In this document: piece after piece, positions 57,321 to 64,000 of the stretch
Layout of the letters: each line of letters begins with the position of its first letter
How positions within the stretch are numbered: position 1 is the first letter of the stretch
Virus record (IMG/VR): IMGVR_UViG_3300003086_000045
Coordinates: 1 to 64,000 of that record
Length of the DNA: 64,000 nt
Source: an uncultured virus (IMG/VR IMGVR_UViG_3300003086_000045)
Taxonomy: Duplodnaviria > Heunggongvirae > Uroviricota > Caudoviricetes > Demerecviridae
Strand: one strand, 5' to 3'
Notes under the pieces: generated by a model
Seen by the model: only the letters and a program-made list of their open reading frames with translations
What the model was told of the DNA's origin: nothing
The model's database searches: none
Position numbers and translations under genes: made by a program

Positions 57321-58445
57321 GTTTTATTTTTAGTTAACCTTAACTTAAATTCAAATAACTCTATTATAAAATTATTTAGAAAAAATATGTATGGTACTAA
57401 TATACCCTTAACTTATTTTCCACTTAACTTATTTCAAAGTTGAAGTTGAAAAATACGTACCCGTTAGTTACCTTGGTAGTTATGTCACTATCTTTGTAGT
57501 CTAATAAGGTTGTATTCTCTCTTATTTCTTTCTCCATATTTTCTAATGATATGGTTAATTCTTCCTCAATAAAAATTAGACTCTGTGCTTGTACTCCATC
57601 CCAGAACCAAGTCTCGTACACACAGTCCAAGTCATTTAATGCTGCCTCTATTCTATGTATAATTCTAGTATCTTCCTCAACTGGGATATCATCCCATTTA
57701 CTGCTTATTACCTGCTTAATGTTAGCAGTATTATTAGTTTCATTATGATTCACTCTTACCTCTCTTATATAGTCTGTCATCGAATAGATGTGTCTGTGCA
57801 CCCCACCCAAAATGTTCTCCTCTTAGTACGGACATAAACCCTTTAATAAATTCTGGTGGCCATCTGGTAAGTCCATCTGGTCTACCTACAACATCCCTTT
57901 TAAAATCAAAAATACAGCCCTCTAAGGCTGCGTTTACTCCATGCCAGTACTCAGTAGTCATTTTTTATAGTATTCCTTTACATAGTATCTATACATACAA
58001 ATACTTAGTATAACAAGAGAAGCAGCTATCCAAGCTATAGCAAAGCTTAATAATACTTCATCCATCATATCTGTTACCCCTGTTAACATACCTGTACTCC
58101 CTGTAATACCCATGTCGAGGTATTACCTTGGTATACTACTGTATCATCATTAACGTGTAGTACCCAGTCATTGTTATTGATATAAGAACCGTCTACTATC
58201 TTAAAGTCTTTACCAGTATCCCAATCCTTCTTAGCACTAACAATACTATCGTATGTTCTGCCATACGCTCCTACTACATTAATTGTCACAGCCCTACCTC
58301 GCTAAGTGCGTTACTCATATCAACTAAGGTTGAACGCTCATCAGAACCCATTTCAAATCTTTCGATAGAATCTTCGATAATATCCATTAACAACTCTAGC
58401 TCAGTAATTCTATCAATCTTGATAATTACTGGAGCAAAAAACTCT

Positions 58446-58727
58446 CTAGTTACTTCCATTTTTCCTCCTATTCTCATGTTTCTCCTTTTCGTACAATCCA
58501 TTAGTTTGTGTAAAGGTTTCAAATAACGCATCAAACTTTCTATTATAAATTTGTTGCATACCTAATAAGATATTAACTATCTCATCATTGTCCATTTCAG
58601 GCCCATCCATAATTTGAACCCAAAGAAAGTTAATATCATCAACTACCTTCCAGCAATCCATAATGGCATCATACTCATCATCTGTTGTTCTGTTTACCTT
58701 TTCATACCATTTACTGTTTAAAAACAC
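58446..58727 (-). CDS. Hypothetical early protein, paralog of 61199..61396
   Basis: DCW.VVDD..FLWV...DG..M..D..V.IL.GM...Y..KF shared. Confidence 0.65.
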   Translation of the reverse strand: MFLNSKWYEKVNRTTDDEYDAIMDCWKVVDDINFLWVQIMDGPEMDNDEIVNILLGMQQIYNRKFDALFETFTQTNGLYEKEKHENRRKNGSN

Positions 58728-58954
58728 TTATTAACTCCCTTTAAGTCACTATTGAGGCTTTTTATTGTATCTAAAATCTGTTCTTCGGAATACTCTTTCC
58801 ATCTCTCTAATAGACCAGTTGCCTCTTCCTTGGTTAGATACTGAGTATCCCTACTATTGGGAAACCATCCTTCCATTTCTTTATCGTAATATAGAGTGCC
58901 TAAGTAATATCCTGCCGCGCTCTTTAATACTTGTAAGTTGCCGTGTTCGTTCAT
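58718..58954 (-). CDS. Hypothetical phage protein
   Basis: LQVLKSAAGYYLGT...P.SRD..Y.T.EEA motif. Confidence 0.6.
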   Translation of the reverse strand: MNEHGNLQVLKSAAGYYLGTLYYDKEMEGWFPNSRDTQYLTKEEATGLLERWKEYSEEQILDTIKSLNSDLKGVNKCF

Positions 58955-60769
58955 AATACCATCGGAAGGGTAAAATTTACAAAAACGATAACACCAATAA
59001 TTAATTCTTCCATTCTACATCACTCCCATGTCTTATCTTTCTGTTGAATACTCTTTTGATAAACTTACCTGTCCCTGCCTTCCAGTTATGAACTGTATGC
59101 CATTTCTTTGAGGTCCAGTCTTTAACTATGTCCTTCGATTTAGTAGTCATTTATTTCCCCTAAAGTCTTTCAGTATCTGTTTGATTATTTCTAGTTTCTC
59201 TTCTAGCAATTTAACATCTATGCGTAGTCTTTCTACTTCACTATGTGACCAGTATCCCTTACTATGCTTCATATTAAATAGCTCCTCCACCTTCATAAAA
59301 ATCCCACAGCCAATCTTCATAGTCTGTTTCTCTATCAGCTCCCTCTAAATAGTATATCTCATACAATTCATCTGCGAATAGTTCGCACCAAGCCCCAAAC
59401 TCTGTATCTTTTATTTTATGTATTATGACGTCAATCACTTACTCCACCGTTCTCTCATAATACTGTTTATAATAGAATGGTTGCGAGCCGCTTTACTGAA
59501 CTCTCCATTCTTGATTAGAGTTTTTAAACTATCCTTTACCTTCTTTTTCATCTTTACTATAACCATTTGCTTTATTCCTAAAATCTGTTAATATTTTTAT
59601 AGCTGCCTCTAGCATCTCCAATGTGTCTACACACCCCTGTTGATACGCTTCCTCTATCTTTTTATTATTCCCCATCATAACTCTTTCCAATCATTTCTGG
59701 ATATATTTCAGGGCGAGCCGTTTCTAGCGTAGCTATACGTTGCTCCAACCGGAGTAACTTCTCATTCATTTTTCTCTCACTTAATATAACTTTAGTTTCT
59801 ATTGTTCTGACGTGTTTAATCATTCTGTCAAAATCCTCTAAAACCATATTAGCGAATCGTCTTAGTTTTTCTTTATTACTTACCCAGAGCATACTAATAT
59901 ACACTCCGATGTAGGTACGAAGCCATCTGCACCAATGTAACTAACCATTTCCTCACTGCCTCTGACTAAGGATACAGGAACCTCTGTTATAAAATCCCAT
60001 ACGGTACTAGCACTTATAGTACAAATGTTTTCACTGCCTAACTCATCAACTACATAGTTTCCTATACAGTTACTAATGTCTTGGTCGGCTAATGCCCATT
60101 TCAAGAACTCCTTTCTTTCTACTAATAATGGTGATAATAACATCTTCTCCTCCTAGTTAAATAACAAATCCCATACCACGGATTCTAGCCTTCCAAGGAC
60201 CACCCTTTACTTGCTCATCAAGTTGAAGTTTAATCCATTTCTGAGTGATTACTTTATCACCCTCTTTCACAGTAGGATTGATTTTTATTGAATTATAAAT
60301 CAGTTCCAACTGTTCCTTCGTTAAGTTAGTCAGTACCATTACATGAATACCGTGTAAGCCATATAGCCATACAATGCTACTATTACCCAACTAAGCCCTA
60401 TTAATGTGTTCACTAATATATTCATTACCATTCTCCCATCGCTATTCTCCAAAAACTTTATTATCTTCCTCTTCCCATTGCCATTCCTAACATAAAGAAT
60501 AGTCCTAGAAATAGACCAAAAACAAAAAACTCATTCATTATACGCTCCTATATCCTAATTCTTTCATAAAAGATAAAACTCTCGTTGGAATATCATACTG
60601 ACCTTCATAGTCGTAGATTTCTTTATTAGCGTTAAACCATAGTTTAATTCCAGCATCCTCTCCATACTCATCGTGCTCGAAGTAAACGCTATCATCTTGC
60701 CAATAGACTTCATAACCTTTCAACTTTTCCTTTGTCATATTTTCCTTAAATTCTCTATTTTAAAAAGAT

Positions 60770-60798
60770 ATTATACTATTAATTAAGCAAATTGTCAA
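60770..60798 (-). promoter_or_regulatory. Sigma70 promoter
   Basis: TTGACA-N17-TATAAT. Confidence 0.85.
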
Positions 60799-60824
60799 GA
60801 GTTATTGTTAAGATTGGTTTAACA

Positions 60825-61199
60825 TTATCTAATCATTGCGCCTAGTCCAGAGTCAGTGATAGCAAATCTCAATTTGCCACAGCTTGGATAACTTTCAGCT
60901 GTCTTGTACCCTATCTTAAAGTCTTTGTCATCTTCCACAGTTCTAAAATTAACACTGTGTAGTTTAATGGCTTTATTCAGATAATCCTGTCCTCGTCCTG
61001 TTAGTCCAGCACAATACTGTGAATAGTATACTGCTGCACCTAATGCCATCAATACTATCTCTTTATTTTGCATAGCATCTTCGATATTAAACTGATGCTG
61101 ACTTACTGGATGTTGTATGTTATGCGTAGCATTTACTGATGTAAACGCCATAGCTCCCGTTACTGCTAATGCAGCTATTGTTCCTACTGTTGTCTTCAT
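60825..61199 (-). CDS. Secreted/membrane-anchored hypothetical protein
   Basis: N-terminal signal-like segment and two Cys. Confidence 0.55.
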   Translation of the reverse strand: MKTTVGTIAALAVTGAMAFTSVNATHNIQHPVSQHQFNIEDAMQNKEIVLMALGAAVYYSQYCAGLTGRGQDYLNKAIKLHSVNFRTVEDDKDFKIGYKTAESYPSCGKLRFAITDSGLGAMIR

Positions 61200-61396
61200 T
61201 ACTCTCCTCCTTTCCTTTTATTTAATCTATGTAGTTCTTCAAACTTTTTAGTGTACATGGTTTCCATACCTGACAGAATAGTTACTACGTCATCTGTGGA
61301 CATACTATCTCCATCTAACATATGTACCCATAGAAACTTTAAGTCATCTACCACGTGCCAACAATCTTCGATGGCTACTTCTACTTCAAGCGACAT
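61199..61396 (-). CDS. Hypothetical early protein, paralog of 58446..58727
   Basis: Shared DCW.VVDD motif. Confidence 0.65.
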   Translation of the reverse strand: MSLEVEVAIEDCWHVVDDLKFLWVHMLDGDSMSTDDVVTILSGMETMYTKKFEELHRLNKRKGGE

Positions 61397-61799
61397 TAAA
61401 ATCTCTCCTCAAATTCGTTTACATCTTTCATTACTACGTCCATATTAGTTTGTGCATCTATATACCTAATGTGTGCTGATGCTACATCGATCCTAGACAG
61501 TAATACTTCTATTGTTGCTTTGTTAGCAGCAATTTGGTTCTCTAACTTCTTTTTCTCTAAATTCATTAAATATGCTCCTGTAGTTCTTCTAAAGTATCCT
61601 CTATACTAGCTATTCTTCTTTCTAGTACCTTATCGTTCTTGTACAAGTTATCAGTGTTTTTAATCACGTATTTTCTTATTTGTTGTACCAGTTCTTCTAA
61701 TACTATAACCCTACTCTGTAATTCAATTAACACTCTGTTAGCTTCAGATGCAGACATTTGTTCTAATTCTTTGGCTTCTACGTATTTCATATTATCTCC

Positions 61800-62036
61800 T
61801 TACCAAGGTAAATCATCGGCATCTCTTTTCTTAGCCTGCCTTGGTACATTGGTTCCAGGAACAGTAAACTGTTCTAACTTCTTCTTTTTCTCTTCACGTT
61901 TCATTAGAGCATCTTCTAAAGTCATCTCCTTAGCCTTAGCTAGGGATATTCTATATTTTGCGTCCGCTTTAAACCAAGCTGTTTGTGCTATTAGGTTCTC
62001 TTTCTGTGCTATCATTAGCTCTTCTTCTAAAGTCAT
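61800..62036 (-). CDS. Small coiled-coil protein with a DDLPW tail
   Basis: Ends RDADDLPW, like the helicase (RDKDDLPW). Confidence 0.6.
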   Translation of the reverse strand: MTLEEELMIAQKENLIAQTAWFKADAKYRISLAKAKEMTLEDALMKREEKKKKLEQFTVPGTNVPRQAKKRDADDLPW

Positions 62037-62217
62037 ACTAATGACACCCAGCTACATTTTGCTCTGTCACAACATATTCTATCTGTTCTGCTAAGTTTAG
62101 TTCAGCCTCATCTGCTATCAATTTTATGTGTCTACCTCTTTGTTTCTCTGTTTCAATCTTTGCTAACAGTAATTCTCTTCTTAAATCTTCCACTGATTTC
62201 TCCATTTCAAAAAGATT

Positions 62218-62246
62218 ATTATCCCATAATTTAACCAGAATGTCAA
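62218..62246 (-). promoter_or_regulatory. Sigma70 promoter
   Basis: TTGACA-N17-GATAAT. Confidence 0.8.
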
Positions 62247-62337
62247 GAAATAAATTAAGCTTAACTAAATGAATTTTTTTCTCGTTACACTAACTTGACC
62301 AGCTAACAAATTTCATCTCACCTAGGGAAAATAGTTC

Positions 62338-62366
62338 TTGCATTTTTGTTAAAAGTAGTGTATAAT
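62338..62366 (+). promoter_or_regulatory. Divergent sigma70-type promoter
   Basis: TTGCAT-N17-TATAAT. Confidence 0.6.
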
Positions 62367-62760
62367 ATATAGTGTAATTTGAAACAACTAATTGATTCCA
62401 ATGAACTAGAAGTGTCTTGTATGAAAAACATAAGGCATTTCGGAACCATAGCGTTGTTGGAACAAAAGGAAACAGTACGCCCAACAGGTTCCGGATATGA
62501 CTTATGACTAATTTTTCAATAGACACGTCAGTTTTCCTTAACTTAAAGCCTAAATTCACGTCTAAAATAAGGCTCATACATATTTCCTGATTTTAAGACT
62601 AAAAAGCTGGACAATAACACTGTCGGAACAGCTAAAATATTCTTTCAAAGTGGTTATCGCTAAAGTAAGATGACAAGTCTTACTTAATTTGTTTCCCACT
62701 GTACACCAATTTCCATAATTTGTACCCATTCTGTTACTTCCCTCGTTTTAACTTGTTATT

Positions 62761-62795
62761 CGTGTGTTAAGCTCGTTATGCGTGTGTTAAGCTCG
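62761..62795. repeat. Tandem 15-bp direct repeat with a 20-bp period
   Basis: CGTGTGTTAAGCTCG at 62761 and 62781. Confidence 0.85.
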
Positions 62796-62852
62796 CGCAA
62801 TTGGATATTTCATATCCCTATTCGCGCAACTAAACAAACTGTTATCTACCTG

Positions 62853-63185
62853 TTATAACTGTTTTATAGTATCTAATAACTCTTTCAAAGCACCTTTACT
62901 TGATTTCTCTAGCCCTGAGAAAGCCGGTGTATCACCTAACATATCAATTACTGCTTCCTTAATTTTATTAATTATCTCAGTCTTGGTCTCAGGCTTATCT
63001 CCTGTTTTAGATATGTACTCTTCCTTCCTGTATACACCTTCCCTAGCTAGCTTACCTACTATCGATTTCGCAGATTTACCTAATGTTTTAGCTAGGTAGT
63101 TGACCGTAGTCATATTAGGGTCGCTAATATACTCATCTACTATTAACTTGGTCTGTTCTGGTGTATAGTTTATTTCTCGTGGCAT
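62853..63185 (-). CDS. T5 A2-like DNA-binding protein
   Basis: NYT.EQ...Y...TV..LA..LGKS.KSIVGKLAREGVY....Y.SK.G..P.TK; LEK..K..L. Confidence 0.7.
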   Translation of the reverse strand: MPREINYTPEQTKLIVDEYISDPNMTTVNYLAKTLGKSAKSIVGKLAREGVYRKEEYISKTGDKPETKTEIINKIKEAVIDMLGDTPAFSGLEKSSKGALKELLDTIKQL

Positions 63186-63207
63186 AATTTCTCCTATGTA
63201 AAACTAT

Positions 63208-63236
63208 ATTATACACCACTTAACCAATTTTGTCAA
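63208..63236 (-). promoter_or_regulatory. Sigma70 promoter
   Basis: TTGACA-N17-TATAAT. Confidence 0.85.
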
Positions 63237-63257
63237 GTTGTATTTACGACCGTGCAC

Positions 63258-63286
63258 AAAAAAGCCTCAAACTAATGAGGCTTTTG
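63258..63286. terminator. Bidirectional terminator
   Basis: AAAAAAGCCTCA-AACTAA-TGAGGCTTTT. Confidence 0.7.
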
Positions 63287-63405
63287 AACCAATTGGGGTG
63301 TTACCCCTCGTTGTTCAGGCTGGCTAAAAGGTCAAGTACACTAAAGTTAACCAAAAGGCAATATTTAGTATAAAAACCATACCTTTCTCAACTACTTTTA
63401 GCACA

Positions 63406-63549
63406 TTATTTCATTGACCCGTTAAGGCAACGCTTAGAATTAGGTTTACGTTTACAACGCTTAGCTCCGTGACTAAGTCTTTTCTTACTAATCTTATTGC
63501 CGTTGTTATCCTTTTTAAATGTCACAAATGGTATAGTGTCTTTGCTCAT
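63406..63549 (-). CDS. 47-aa highly basic peptide (absent from the ORF track)
   Basis: AAGGAG RBS; MSKDTIPFVTFKKDNNGNKISKKRLSHGAKRCKRKPNSKRCLNGSMK*; start overlaps the upstream stop. Confidence 0.6.
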   Translation of the reverse strand: MSKDTIPFVTFKKDNNGNKISKKRLSHGAKRCKRKPNSKRCLNGSMK

Positions 63550-63887
63550 TTTCTCTCCTTTAATTCGTATTGGTTGTTCAAATCTCTTAGTAAGTCTACC
63601 ATTGCTTCTAGGTCTGCCTTAGAAGCGTTCTCAAAACTCTTAAATTGGTTATCTCTAGCATTCATCATAATTCTAATAACATTTACTAAGGCTGCTTTTT
63701 TAACAGCTATTGGTTTTGATGATGCTTTCTTCACTTTTTGATAAACTCCTTCTGTAGCCAACTTAGAAATGATTGACCTAACTGATTTTCCCATACCTGA
63801 TGCTAACTTCTCTACTGTTGCCTTAGTTGGTGTTTCACCATATGTTACTACCAACTCTTTTACTTGTTCTTTTGTATAATTTACCAT
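63546..63887 (-). CDS. T5 A2-like DNA-binding protein, paralog of 62853
   Basis: NYTKEQ...TVEKLA..MGKSVRSIISKLATEGVY, A.K.DL. Confidence 0.7.
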   Translation of the reverse strand: MVNYTKEQVKELVVTYGETPTKATVEKLASGMGKSVRSIISKLATEGVYQKVKKASSKPIAVKKAALVNVIRIMMNARDNQFKSFENASKADLEAMVDLLRDLNNQYELKERK

Positions 63888-63937
63888 ATTTTACTTACCT
63901 CCTTAATATTCCATAAATTTTCTCTTTTTCAGAATAT

Positions 63938-63966
63938 ATTATACTGAATTTTCAACTAAATGTCAA
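63938..63966 (-). promoter_or_regulatory. Sigma70 promoter
   Basis: TTGACA-N17-TATAAT. Confidence 0.85.
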
Positions 63967-64000
63967 GTCTTATTTTAGTAAATGTACCAAATAACCAAAG

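Noticed and set aside
62290..62577. 95-aa minus-strand ORF
   Set aside because: Overlaps a promoter and a long hairpin and has atypical composition; probably non-coding.

Overview
This window is about 64 kb of a large, AT-rich lytic tailed phage with a T5-like (Demerecviridae-type) replication core. The host is probably a marine sulfur-oxidising gammaproteobacterium (SUP05/Thioglobaceae-like), inferred from DsrC/TusE-like, sulfur-globule-like and porin-like genes. From 1 to 25 kb (+ strand) is an array of about 7 tail-fibre/adhesin cassettes built from shared anchor, collagen and docking motifs. Several are followed directly by tailoring enzymes: 5 radical SAM proteins, a flavin halogenase, 2OG-Fe(II)/AspH hydroxylases and a cupin. 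One cassette has a 66-aa CxCxCxC RiPP-like substrate and another has a eukaryote-like thrombospondin-1 domain. From 25 to 48 kb (- strand) are nrdB, thyX, nrdA, D15, D14, thioredoxin, D13/D12, D11, D10, an SbmA/BacA transporter, PolA, primase, DnaB, D5, a split NAD ligase, D2 and D3. From 48 to 64 kb (- strand) are a host-like sulfur/envelope island, tRNA-Ile2/Met(CAU), tRNA-Gly(UCC), a circularly permuted two-piece tmRNA (tag ANDNVYAIAA), several unexplained structured RNAs and many small early genes behind about 14 near-consensus sigma70 promoters. All family calls come from motif recognition by eye; no database searches were run.
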